A DNA stretch of 64,000 nt. Origin: Bacillota bacterium (GTDB taxonomy: Bacteria > Bacillota > Clostridia > Acetivibrionales > DTU013). Both the position numbers and the translations under genes were made by a program. The notes beneath the pieces were generated by a model. It made no database searches. It saw only the letters and a program-made list of their open reading frames with translations, and was not told where the DNA came from. The stretch is taken from NCBI GenBank assembly GCA_023435925.1, contig JAEZLF010000310.1:999-64998 (forward strand). The letters are read 5' to 3'. Positions 30,236-39,136 of the stretch are shown piece by piece; position 1 is the stretch's first letter; each line of letters begins with the position of its first letter.

Positions 30236-30658
30236 TTACTCTACATCGTCTTTCTCTTCCATAATCTGATCTTTTGCTACCTTAAACCATTTCATAATAA
30301 CATTGGGCAATTTGATATCCATGCCTATTGAATTCTCAATAATTGAGGCCAATTCCTTGAAGCAGAATGCACCAATGAAAATAGTTCCCACTGGAACATT
30401 GATTCCATTTAGCATAGCAACCCTTTGACCAAGTATCAAAGCAAATAATAAGAAGAATTCTCCAACCTTTTTCAGCATTCCAACTTTCATTTCATGGCTG
30501 GAAAAGTTACCATTCTTAAAGCTTTTAATAACTCCTGTTATGATGTCTACACTCATGAGTATTACCCATATGATTATGATTTCCCAGTTTAAGCCAGCTA
30601 GGTAAGCACACAATCCTAGAAAAGAACCTAATATTATATCAATAAAACTATTTTTCAT
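30236..30658 (-). CDS. phage holin (holin_4 / toxin-secretion-lysis holin type)
   Basis: 140 aa with 3-4 TM helices and a charged C-terminal tail. The pattern WVILMSVDIITGVIKSF...GMLKKVGEFFLL is typical of this holin family. Confidence 0.7.
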   Translation of the reverse strand: MKNSFIDIILGSFLGLCAYLAGLNWEIIIIWVILMSVDIITGVIKSFKNGNFSSHEMKVGMLKKVGEFFLLFALILGQRVAMLNGINVPVGTIFIGAFCFKELASIIENSIGMDIKLPNVIMKWFKVAKDQIMEEKDDVE

Positions 30659-30693
30659 TTTAATCCTTCCTTATATCTTATAATTACTTTAAC

Positions 30694-32394
30694 TTAATAA
30701 TTACCTCCACCCCTACTTTGTACAAATATCTGCTTAGTTACTGTAGCAGCCATTCTTGCTAATCCTGAAGGGTTATTAGATGTCGTACTTGGATATATCT
30801 CTACCGTATGAAACGCTCCACGAGTAACTTTGCCGTTTGATTGAGACAAGTAAGGTATAATATCAATATCGCTACCGGAGAGGCTGGTTACCGGAATTGT
30901 AGTGCCATCTACTTTAATTATTACTGATGTTGGCAGATAATAAAACTCGTAGATACCATAGTTGATGTCATGTGTATGCGAAGGAATTGAAACTTCATGA
31001 TTATGCGCTGGTATATCAAGTTGCGGAGAGTATACCCAATGATAATGATTTCCGTTGTATGGTGTTGAAATTTCCGATGCAACTCCGAATGCAAATACAA
31101 GTGCTTCTGAAGATGATGAAGCTGTGCTACCTCCTCCAGATGCAGAACCTGTTTCATATGCCCTGAATTTATCCGTTTCAAATGTCAATAAGCATTTATT
31201 TACCGCCACACATTCATTGGGAATATAGAATTTAATAGTAGCAGGATGAGAATTATCGCAATTATCCTGATAATCATCACTATCAATACAAGTAGTCCCT
31301 TGGGCGTATACATCATTGATATGTTGCTTGCTCTGGATGCTGGTTGTAATATCTGCTATATCCAAAGCTTTATTGGATATCTCAATCTGTATATCTCCCG
31401 GATTGCCTGTTAAGTCAGATTTACTAACCCCCATAATTCTGGCAGTAAAATTGCCTATATCTACATCATAGACATCGACAAGTATACCCGGTTCCGTAAA
31501 TTTATCTAGGGTATCTCCTGAAATAGAATATATATCAGCTCCATCTATTGTATATGTAATTCTTGGATTTTTTACAGTCTCCAACCATGCTAATGCTTTA
31601 GCCTTTAATGTTGCAGCACTCTCTGTAGACTTGTCAATAAATGTTATTGCCTTAACTCCATATAAACTTAATGTATCTGCATCCAGATAAGGTACACCTA
31701 CATTTACATCTTTTATAGTTAGCTGGTTAATGCCCTCACCATATCCTAGTGGATATACCCTTGTTATAATATAGCTTGGATCTTCATCTTTTGTTATACC
31801 TACAAGATTTTTTTGATATATTATACGTGCTGTAGCTGTACTAGGAGGATTTATTAGATTTACTGTCCATGGATAACTTATAGTATCCCATGTCCACTGA
31901 TATGCTCCTGTATAGGCTTTGGGTAGACTAAATAATGCACTTAATAGATTTTCGTTTGACCATCCATAGTCAAATATGTTTACAAAGTCTACAGTACCTC
32001 TTACCCAATTTGTTGTTGTCTGCCTGCTTAAGATATAGTCAATATTGACAGATGGGACATAACCAACAGACTGATGATACTGGAACATGATATCATCCAG
32101 CAGAGTAGCTAGTACGTGCTCACATTGGTATGTTATAGTTTTACCATCAGCAGATTTTTGAAACTTACTCGGTACTATCCTAAAGAGTTCAACACGTTCT
32201 CCATTATCAAATATTTCGACATATCTAAAAGCTGTACATTCCGCATTTTTAGGATCATCTGCTGGTAAACTAAATTGTGCTGTCCATACTTCGTTAAATC
32301 TTTTTGTATATCCAATATCGTATGCATTTTGTAAAATAGCAACAGGGTTAGTGGTACTAACCCCGTAATCATAAATCTTTATCAAGTTTTTCAC
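30694..32394 (-). CDS. phage minor structural protein / tail-tip anti-receptor (Tal-like N-terminus, ReqiPepy6 gp37-like C-terminus)
   Basis: The N-terminus IYDYG....AILQNAYDIGYTKRFNEVWTAQFSL...VEIFDNGERVELFRI is typical of siphovirus anti-receptor N-terminal regions. The C-terminus is His-rich (HNHEVSIPSHTHD). The likely start is the TTG at 32385, 8 nt after an AGAGG RBS. Confidence 0.65.
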   Translation of the reverse strand: MKNLIKIYDYGVSTTNPVAILQNAYDIGYTKRFNEVWTAQFSLPADDPKNAECTAFRYVEIFDNGERVELFRIVPSKFQKSADGKTITYQCEHVLATLLDDIMFQYHQSVGYVPSVNIDYILSRQTTTNWVRGTVDFVNIFDYGWSNENLLSALFSLPKAYTGAYQWTWDTISYPWTVNLINPPSTATARIIYQKNLVGITKDEDPSYIITRVYPLGYGEGINQLTIKDVNVGVPYLDADTLSLYGVKAITFIDKSTESAATLKAKALAWLETVKNPRITYTIDGADIYSISGDTLDKFTEPGILVDVYDVDIGNFTARIMGVSKSDLTGNPGDIQIEISNKALDIADITTSIQSKQHINDVYAQGTTCIDSDDYQDNCDNSHPATIKFYIPNECVAVNKCLLTFETDKFRAYETGSASGGGSTASSSSEALVFAFGVASEISTPYNGNHYHWVYSPQLDIPAHNHEVSIPSHTHDINYGIYEFYYLPTSVIIKVDGTTIPVTSLSGSDIDIIPYLSQSNGKVTRGAFHTVEIYPSTTSNNPSGLARMAATVTKQIFVQSRGGGNY

Positions 32395-32402
32395 CTCTAA
32401 AA

Positions 32403-33395
32403 TTATATAACGTTCTTTTCATGTTCTTGCATCACAGTATCTACGTTCAGTTGCGCATATATCTGTGTTGTGACAGGGCTTTCGTGTCCTAAATATCTCT
32501 GAACCACTGCCAATGAAGCACCATTGTTAAGCATATTTGATGCTGTAGTATGTCTCATCAAGTGAGGGTAGACAGGCTTTGTAATACCCGCTTTTGCGCC
32601 AAGCTCCGAAAATGTTCTTTCGATAGCCCTCCTACCAAGTCTGGCATGAGGCTGCCTCTCGCTAACAAATAAAGCATCATCATTATCCGTCCTTGAGTTA
32701 AGGTATTTCCACAGTGATACTTTTGCTTTGGCATTGAGCCTTACTGGACGTTCTTTTCTGCCTTTGCCAAGAACAATAACCCTGCTGGTAGACCAATCTA
32801 TACTACTTTTGTTAAGAGGTTGAACTTCATCTAGGCGGCAACCTGTAGAATAAAAAAATTCCACCAACGCTCTATCCCTAAGATTTGTACTTGCTGCATC
32901 TCGTAACATCTCAAATTCTTCAGCTGTTAATGCCTTGCGCACATATTTATTTGTCTTAATGGCTTTTATTTTTCTTAATGGGCTTTTTAAGATATATTCT
33001 TCGTCCTCCAACCATGTAAAGAATGCTTTGAGTGCAGAAAGCATCGTTGACATTGTGCTGTTCTTTACTCCAGTCTTTGCGTACGATGTCATGTACATAC
33101 GAATATCCATTGTAGTGATGTTCTCAATATCTTTCTGTATAAAACGAGAGAAACGTGTCAGTTGAATCTTGTATGATTTCAGTGAATGCGGCGATAATCC
33201 ATCCAACCTTTTAGCGGCCAGATAAAGAAATATCTTTTCGTTAATGTTAGTAATAGGTACTAATGCTCTTGTGACCGGATGCAGTTCGTAATCGTACAGT
33301 TCTTCTTCCAAAATGATACGGAGCTTTGCTACTTGCTCACTGTTAAGAATGTCCCATGTCCTATCCAGAACCCTGATGATAAATTCCTCACGCAT
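32403..33395 (-). CDS. XerC/XerD-like tyrosine recombinase embedded in the tail module
   Basis: SAM-like N-domain plus a catalytic domain carrying R (STGCRLDE), HxxR (HLMRHT), LGH and the Tyr motif (TTQIYAQ). AGGAGG RBS. The stop lies 8 nt before the next gene. Confidence 0.85.
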   Translation of the reverse strand: MREEFIIRVLDRTWDILNSEQVAKLRIILEEELYDYELHPVTRALVPITNINEKIFLYLAAKRLDGLSPHSLKSYKIQLTRFSRFIQKDIENITTMDIRMYMTSYAKTGVKNSTMSTMLSALKAFFTWLEDEEYILKSPLRKIKAIKTNKYVRKALTAEEFEMLRDAASTNLRDRALVEFFYSTGCRLDEVQPLNKSSIDWSTSRVIVLGKGRKERPVRLNAKAKVSLWKYLNSRTDNDDALFVSERQPHARLGRRAIERTFSELGAKAGITKPVYPHLMRHTTASNMLNNGASLAVVQRYLGHESPVTTQIYAQLNVDTVMQEHEKNVI

Positions 33396-33402
33396 GATAA
33401 AT

Positions 33403-33470
33403 GCCTCCTATTGAATATCTAGGAGGCGTAATGTATAATTACATTGCAAACACATAGTACCCTCCTAGAT
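33403..33470 (-). promoter_or_regulatory. 5' leader of the recombinase gene with mutually exclusive SD / anti-SD / decoy-SD hairpins
   Basis: In the RNA, GCCUCCUAGAU (33427-33417) can pair with the true SD UAGGAGGC (33410-33403; 8 bp). It can alternatively pair with the upstream AUCUAGGAGG (33470-33461; 10 bp). The loop contains the palindrome GTAATGTA-TAAT-TACATTGC. Confidence 0.5.
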
Positions 33471-33553
33471 AGGGGCCTGTGTGAGGAAGCTTCTCGGTTG
33501 CCGCCGTGGAGCTTCCTTTGCTATATAAATATTTATAGCATGACCTTGCCTAT

Positions 33554-33582
33554 ATTATACCAAACATATGTTCGTGTATCAA
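33554..33582 (-). promoter_or_regulatory. sigma-A-type promoter for the recombinase gene
   Basis: Minus strand: TTGATA, 17-nt spacer, TATAAT. Confidence 0.55.
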
Positions 33583-33640
33583 GGATTACATGCTATTTCT
33601 TGAAAATTATTACTTCGCTTTCTACCCTTAGAAAATGAAT

Positions 33641-33664
33641 AAGGCCTCCGATTAAGGAGGTCTT
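33641..33664 (-). terminator. terminator after the MazF-like gene
   Basis: Minus strand GACCUCC-UUAAUC-GGAGGCC followed by UUAUUC. Nearly the same hairpin recurs at 50693-50720. Confidence 0.5.
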
Positions 33665-33746
33665 AAATCATATTTGCTCACCAAAGAGCTAATAATATTT
33701 AGTTATATGTGTCTTATTACTAAGACGAATAATATTTAATTATATT

Positions 33747-34322
33747 TTATGCTTCTTTCTTGATAATGTCAACATCTGAAAATAAAATTTTTGCAACGGA
33801 TAGTTCAATATCTTGTCTACTTGTAACTACATCATAATATCCTTTTGCTTGGTACAATCTTTGTAAATCTACACATCTTGCATTTCTAACTTGTAATTTG
33901 GTCAATCTGCCATTAATAAAATCTTTCACTTCAATTGAAAACTCCGAATCTTCTTCAACATCAATATTAGTATTATCATCTGAAGTTGAAGGAATTATTA
34001 AATATTTTGTCTTAAATTTTTTCAAGATATAGCACCAATGACCTCCAAACAATTCTTTTGGAAAACCATGCCCTAAATTAAAATATGCCATCTGATGGAT
34101 ATTTGGCTCTGTTTTTAATTTATAATATGTGTCATTTGGATTTTTATCTTTATTATTCTCAACATATTTTGTAAAAAATCTATCTAATTGTTCTATTTGC
34201 AATTTTAAATCATATAAAAATCCGTGCTTGTCATATTTTCTTCCATTCGTATTATCTTCAGGCATATTCTTTATATCATGAAAAATATGTGCTATTTCCC
34301 ACATTTCTTTATATATATTCAT
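33747..34322 (-). CDS. PemK/MazF-fold toxin-like protein with an N-terminal extension of about 85 aa (orphan, no adjacent antitoxin gene)
   Basis: The C-terminal half aligns by eye to MazF/EndoA blocks: AYFNLGHGFPKELFGGHWCYIL, YLIIPSTS, LQVRNARCVDLQRL. The ATG at 34322 has a GGAGG RBS, and the gene has its own promoter and flanking terminators. Confidence 0.5.
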   Translation of the reverse strand: MNIYKEMWEIAHIFHDIKNMPEDNTNGRKYDKHGFLYDLKLQIEQLDRFFTKYVENNKDKNPNDTYYKLKTEPNIHQMAYFNLGHGFPKELFGGHWCYILKKFKTKYLIIPSTSDDNTNIDVEEDSEFSIEVKDFINGRLTKLQVRNARCVDLQRLYQAKGYYDVVTSRQDIELSVAKILFSDVDIIKKEA

Positions 34323-34365
34323 ATAACTTCCTCCACACTCACAAATTTCTCTCACATTATACCAC

Positions 34366-34428
34366 TTATTGTATATATGTGAAAGATTTTGTAAGAAAGA
34401 TTAGAGGAATGAGGGGAGATGACTCCCC
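34366..34428 (-). promoter_or_regulatory. terminator of the tailspike gene (GGGGAG-UCAU-CUCCCC) followed by an extended -10 promoter (TGgTATAAT) for the MazF-like gene
   Basis: The hairpin is at 34413-34428 with a U-rich tail. The ATTATA (-10, minus strand) is at 34366-34371, preceded by TGG. Confidence 0.45.
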
Positions 34429-34453
34429 ATGAGTAGTGAACATAATGATCCTA

Positions 34454-35182
34454 CTATGCATTAGGTATTCTCAACACTCTATATCCTGCACCACCCGAAT
34501 CGTTCGTACCGATCGACACGTTAAGTCCTCCATATTTTAATCCCGCTACTGCAACCACGCCAGTTCCTGTTGCTCGTGTGAATCTCAAATCTCCTGTAGC
34601 TGTTTCGACGTTTACGTTCCATTTACTGAGAGCATCACCAGCTAATAACCCTATGTGCGAGTTAGAACCACATATCATCATGGGTTCGGTTGTTAGTGCG
34701 GCTAAAGCCAGATTGATAGCGTTATCGGTAGTACCTATACACATTTTTTTAAAATGTTCATTGTTGTGGTATCCATAACTAGTTGACCAATGCACCGTAG
34801 CACCAGTTTCGATTACAGGGTCTTTTGTGGCATTTCCCTTATCAATCTGTAAAATTGTCGTGTTCCGTGAAGGGTAAGTGTAGCTCTCTGTACCCCTTGC
34901 AACAATTGACAACGCATTAGTTTTCCATGAAATTCCCACATGCACAAAATAATTATCAGCCGCACCCGATACATTGGTATCATTACGACCTCGCAATTCA
35001 ATGCCTATACCTGTACTATCATTTGACAATACATGAACTCTCGTCTGAATAAATACGTTATTATCTGCATTATCAAGTACTAGTCCTATACCGTTATGTA
35101 TCGCACCCTGTATACCTTCAAAGTAGTTATAAGAAGTATTACCCCATTTTCCAGCTACGGATTGACCACCAGATAAAAACAA
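34454..35182 (-). CDS. C-terminal part of a beta-helix tailspike-like protein (same frame as 35219..36007, separated by one TAA)
   Basis: Gly/Asn/Thr-rich beta-helix-like repeats. There is no RBS and only a TTG start, and the frame is open back to the TAA at 35219-35221. Confidence 0.6.
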   Translation of the reverse strand: MFLSGGQSVAGKWGNTSYNYFEGIQGAIHNGIGLVLDNADNNVFIQTRVHVLSNDSTGIGIELRGRNDTNVSGAADNYFVHVGISWKTNALSIVARGTESYTYPSRNTTILQIDKGNATKDPVIETGATVHWSTSYGYHNNEHFKKMCIGTTDNAINLALAALTTEPMMICGSNSHIGLLAGDALSKWNVNVETATGDLRFTRATGTGVVAVAGLKYGGLNVSIGTNDSGGAGYRVLRIPNA

Positions 35183-35218
35183 GCCTGCACCGTTTTTAAC
35201 ACGCTGTTTGAATGTAAT

Positions 35219-36007
35219 TTATCTAAATGTATTTTTCTGTGAATCACATGCTTCTGCTATTGCTCCGGCTGTATCAACACCCACGAATAATCCAGATGTT
35301 TCAAATTCGTCAAAGTATAAAGATTCAAAACGAGAATTATTAACACTTTTTATAACTAATCCATACCCTGCAAGACTATTAGCAATAAAAGATATATTAG
35401 ATACTTCGCATGAGTCAATGCGAGTTAATGATGTTATATGAGGACATAATTCCATCATCGTACCACTTGCAGCACCGATCCAAGTAAAACGTGTGGCTGC
35501 TATATTACCGGAAGCATCATGTATATCGCCCATACCAAATCCAATAAGATGAATGTTTGAACCATCAATAACTATCTTGTTTCCTATGCCATAATTAGCA
35601 GGAGGAAAAATAATATATGCACCATTTACCGACTTTGCATATTGAATCATAGCATTAATAGCCGTTGAATCGTCTGTGCCATCACCTTTACATGCCACAA
35701 GTGGAGCAGGTGGAGCAAAAACATTAATATATATCTTTGCAGTTTCTGCCTTATGCGACAAAGCATCAGTCTCCATATCCTCAAGCCGATCGGTTAAAAC
35801 GGTATAATTTTTATCTTTTACTATGCTATGCCTAGCATCAACAATCTCTGTGTTACTGGCTCCTGCTCCTGCAATTATATTATCAACACGATCCTCCAAG
35901 GCATTATGACCTGTCATAGTATCATTAAAATTATCTTTAACAATTGTCCACCAGTCACGAAGCTTTGTAAGTCCTGTAAATGCTGTATTTAAATTTAATT
36001 TACTCAT
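35219..36007 (-). CDS. N-terminal part of a pectate-lyase-superfamily tailspike/depolymerase-like protein
   Basis: GDGTDDSTAINAMIQYAKSVNGAYIIFPPANYGIG is typical of the Pectate_lyase_3 N-terminus. The ATG at 36007 has a GAGGAGG RBS. The ORF ends at a TAA that is in frame with the following ORF. Confidence 0.65.
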   Translation of the reverse strand: MSKLNLNTAFTGLTKLRDWWTIVKDNFNDTMTGHNALEDRVDNIIAGAGASNTEIVDARHSIVKDKNYTVLTDRLEDMETDALSHKAETAKIYINVFAPPAPLVACKGDGTDDSTAINAMIQYAKSVNGAYIIFPPANYGIGNKIVIDGSNIHLIGFGMGDIHDASGNIAATRFTWIGAASGTMMELCPHITSLTRIDSCEVSNISFIANSLAGYGLVIKSVNNSRFESLYFDEFETSGLFVGVDTAGAIAEACDSQKNTFR

Positions 36008-36017
36008 TATTGCCTCC

Positions 36018-36848
36018 TCACAAATATTGTGGTCTAAAATCAAAAAGCACTGTGCAATTTAAGCCAGTGCCTGTAATACTTACTGTGTTATTTCCGGGTA
36101 CAAGTTTCAAAAATCGTATTAAATCTCCTGTGCAATTAAATAATGCATTATTGCCATTAGCCTTAATAGTTGCATCTACATTGTTAATAATAACTGTTTT
36201 CTCCGATACAGCAGTATTATAATTGATTGTTCTACCATTAATTGTAATACTCAAGGTTGAAAAGCTACCAGTTATAACTATGTCAAATTTACTACCATCT
36301 GGAGAACCTAAACCAACATCTTGAGTGCCTATATAGTTAATGTTAGCACTGGTATTGCTTGTTACAACCATAGTATAAGGATCTGTTGGATTAAGGGTAA
36401 TGTCACTATCTAATAATAAATCATTATCTATAATCACTTCTTCTCCAGATGACACTTGATAAAGAGCAAATGGTAAACATTCAAATTCAATTGTACATAC
36501 ACCCAACTTTGCAAATGTCCCTAGTTCAACGGCATCATAAATTCTTGCAAGATAGTATTTATCCGGTTCGTCATTAAAAGTAAGTGGTTCATAGGTGGTT
36601 CCGCTTAACCATGCTGCGATATCCCTTGCTTGTAACCTCATATTATTTTCATCCGTCCCTACAAACTGGAATAGGACAGATATGAATCTATTTTCATATT
36701 CATTTTCGTCAAAATCATAGCTGCCATGTTTACCCGGTATTCTCAATTGCTTTTTTGTGAGAGTTGGTATCATAGGACGATTAATAGATTTTGCAATAAT
36801 ATCAAAATCTTTAAAGCTGTGTTTACCTTTATATGTTATCTCTGTCAT
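36018..36848 (-). CDS. distal tail protein (Dit; siphovirus tail family protein)
   Basis: It sits directly after the tape measure gene. The N-terminus ITYKGKHSFKDFDIIAKSINRPMIPTLTKKQLRIPGKHGSYDF is typical of the Sipho_tail family. Confidence 0.75.
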   Translation of the reverse strand: MTEITYKGKHSFKDFDIIAKSINRPMIPTLTKKQLRIPGKHGSYDFDENEYENRFISVLFQFVGTDENNMRLQARDIAAWLSGTTYEPLTFNDEPDKYYLARIYDAVELGTFAKLGVCTIEFECLPFALYQVSSGEEVIIDNDLLLDSDITLNPTDPYTMVVTSNTSANINYIGTQDVGLGSPDGSKFDIVITGSFSTLSITINGRTINYNTAVSEKTVIINNVDATIKANGNNALFNCTGDLIRFLKLVPGNNTVSITGTGLNCTVLFDFRPQYL

Positions 36849-39136
36849 GCTGTTACCACCCCTATTCCTCTCGCTCTGAACCTACCGTTACTGTACTGTA
36901 TCTTTGATACAGTTTTAGTAATTTCCTTACCATCAAGATAAACCGGCTGTACCAGCGTTAATTCAGCCGCACCCGAACCCATATAAGAAGTCGATTTATT
37001 AACATCATTGCTCATATTGGTATCGTAATCTCTTTTTTGAGATGGTATGGATTTAGCCATATTGATAGATACTGTTTTCATTTCATCCTCAAAGCCTGTA
37101 CCAATACCCATAGCCATATACTTGCCAACTTCATCAGCCAACACCTGAGATGGAGATTTAATCTTCAGCTTATCCTTGATTCCATCAACTATATCACCAG
37201 CAAATCCTGTTATCTTGTCCCATAACCAGTTTGTTGTACTCTTTATTCCATCCCAAATACCAGCAACAATATTTTTACCTACTTTAACCATTTCAGGAAT
37301 AGCATTCATAAAACTGTTGATTACACCTGTGATTATTTCGGGTATTGTAGATACCAATTGAGGAATAGCCTTTATCATACCTTTTGAAAGCTCAACAATA
37401 AGCATAATACCCATTTCAATAAGTTTCGGAAGGTTTCTAATAATAGCATCTACCAATTTGATAATGATTGTTGGTACTTTTTCTATTAATCGTGGCAATG
37501 CTTCTATTAGTCCTTCTGCCAGTCCCATAATAATTGCAATAGATGCATCGATTAGCAAATCAATGTTATCAATTAGCGTTTCAACTATCATGATGATAGT
37601 GTCAACCAATGCCGGTATCAATTCAGGTAGTGATTCAGTTATCCCGGTAGCCAGTGCAAGTATTATTTCCATTGCACTTTTGATTATCATAGGGAGATTT
37701 TCAATAAGTGTTCGTACAAGTGCCATCATAAGTTGTAGTGCCCCATCTACAATTTGAGGCAACGCACCTACCAACCCTTGCACTAACGATGTAATAATTG
37801 TAACCGCTGCTACAATGATCACCGGTAGATTATCCACTATCGCCTGTATAAGTGTGTTGATTATTTTCATACCCATATCAATGAGACCTGGGAGGTATTC
37901 CATGATTTTATCTATAACTTTAGTTAATGTGTCGGATACAACATCAACTATTTTGCTTATATCGCCATTCGCTTCATTGACCCCGGATGTAAACTCTCCA
38001 AGAAGGTCAACCCCTTCTCCGGCAATAGTGGATAAGATGGGTAGTAATACACCACCAAGGGCATTTTTTGCACCTTCTGCACCGACTTTCAAAAATTGCA
38101 TCTGATCATCGAATTCGCCAAATGCATCCAGTGTATCACCCGACATTACATATCCGGCTTCCTCTGCCTTTTTTGCCAGCTCATTCATTTTTTCAGATCC
38201 AGCTTCAATCAATGGATTTAGCTCTTGTGCTGACTTGCCGAGTAGTTGCATTCCAAGCGCATCACGTTCAGTCTCATTTGTTATTTTGCCGAGAGCATCA
38301 ATGGTTTCCCAGTATACAGTTTGTCCATCTCGCAATGACCCATCAGCGTTCATTACTTCTACGCCAAGCTTTTTGTAAGCATCAACCGACAGCTTTGTAC
38401 CGTCTTGTGCCGCCTTCATGGATTTAATTTGTTTAGCCATGGATTTTGTGAGGGTTTCCAGAGGCACATCCACCAATTCGGCTGCATATTTGTATTTCTG
38501 CAACTCATCTGTTGCAATACCTGTTTGTGTAGAAGTTGTTAGTATATCATCGGCATATTGAGCCGCCGATGCACTCATCCCAACAAGTGCACTTCCCGCA
38601 GCCGCAGCCGCAGCTCCAAGTGCTGCCACAACTTTTACGGCAAGTTCCCCAGCTTTTTTGAGACCTGACCCAAGTTTACTCCAGCCGGATTCTCCATCTT
38701 TTGCTTTATCGCCTGATTTTTTAGCCTGATCTCCGGCATTTTCAGTCTGATTTCCAGCCTTCTCTACATTATCACCAGTACCTTTTGCCTGATCCTCAAG
38801 CCCTTTTAACTTAATCTCTGTTGCTGCTACTTCCCGCTGGAAAGAGCGATAATGTTCTTCAGATATTTTACCTTCTTTGAATTGTTGCTGAACTTGCTTT
38901 TCAGCTTCTTTAAGTTTATCAAGTTTCTCCCTTGCACTATCCACAGATTCAGCCAATAACTTTTGCCGTTGAGCCAATAAATCAGTGTTAGTAGGATCGA
39001 GTTTTAGCAGTTTCTCAACCTGTCTCAACTCAGTCTGCAAATCTCTGCTGGTTTTATTTACACCTTGTAATGCTTTATCTAGTGGAGCGGTATTACCGCC
39101 TATATCTACAATAATTCCCTTTATATTATCTGCCAA
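36845..39136 (-). CDS. tail tape measure protein
   Basis: About 760 aa with a coiled-coil N-terminus, a long hydrophobic repeat core (LPxLI..A..II repeats), and a position after the G/GT chaperone. The likely start is the TTG at 39136 after a GGAGG RBS; the track ORF extends to 39208. Confidence 0.85.
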   Translation of the reverse strand: MADNIKGIIVDIGGNTAPLDKALQGVNKTSRDLQTELRQVEKLLKLDPTNTDLLAQRQKLLAESVDSAREKLDKLKEAEKQVQQQFKEGKISEEHYRSFQREVAATEIKLKGLEDQAKGTGDNVEKAGNQTENAGDQAKKSGDKAKDGESGWSKLGSGLKKAGELAVKVVAALGAAAAAAGSALVGMSASAAQYADDILTTSTQTGIATDELQKYKYAAELVDVPLETLTKSMAKQIKSMKAAQDGTKLSVDAYKKLGVEVMNADGSLRDGQTVYWETIDALGKITNETERDALGMQLLGKSAQELNPLIEAGSEKMNELAKKAEEAGYVMSGDTLDAFGEFDDQMQFLKVGAEGAKNALGGVLLPILSTIAGEGVDLLGEFTSGVNEANGDISKIVDVVSDTLTKVIDKIMEYLPGLIDMGMKIINTLIQAIVDNLPVIIVAAVTIITSLVQGLVGALPQIVDGALQLMMALVRTLIENLPMIIKSAMEIILALATGITESLPELIPALVDTIIMIVETLIDNIDLLIDASIAIIMGLAEGLIEALPRLIEKVPTIIIKLVDAIIRNLPKLIEMGIMLIVELSKGMIKAIPQLVSTIPEIITGVINSFMNAIPEMVKVGKNIVAGIWDGIKSTTNWLWDKITGFAGDIVDGIKDKLKIKSPSQVLADEVGKYMAMGIGTGFEDEMKTVSINMAKSIPSQKRDYDTNMSNDVNKSTSYMGSGAAELTLVQPVYLDGKEITKTVSKIQYSNGRFRARGIGVVTA

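Noticed and set aside
33396-33746. Invertible-promoter (fimS / RecV-type) switch controlled by the tyrosine recombinase.
   Set aside because: I found no pair of long inverted repeats flanking the promoter. The inverted repeats present enclose only about 34 bp and are better explained as RNA leader hairpins. A computational inverted-repeat search would still be worthwhile.
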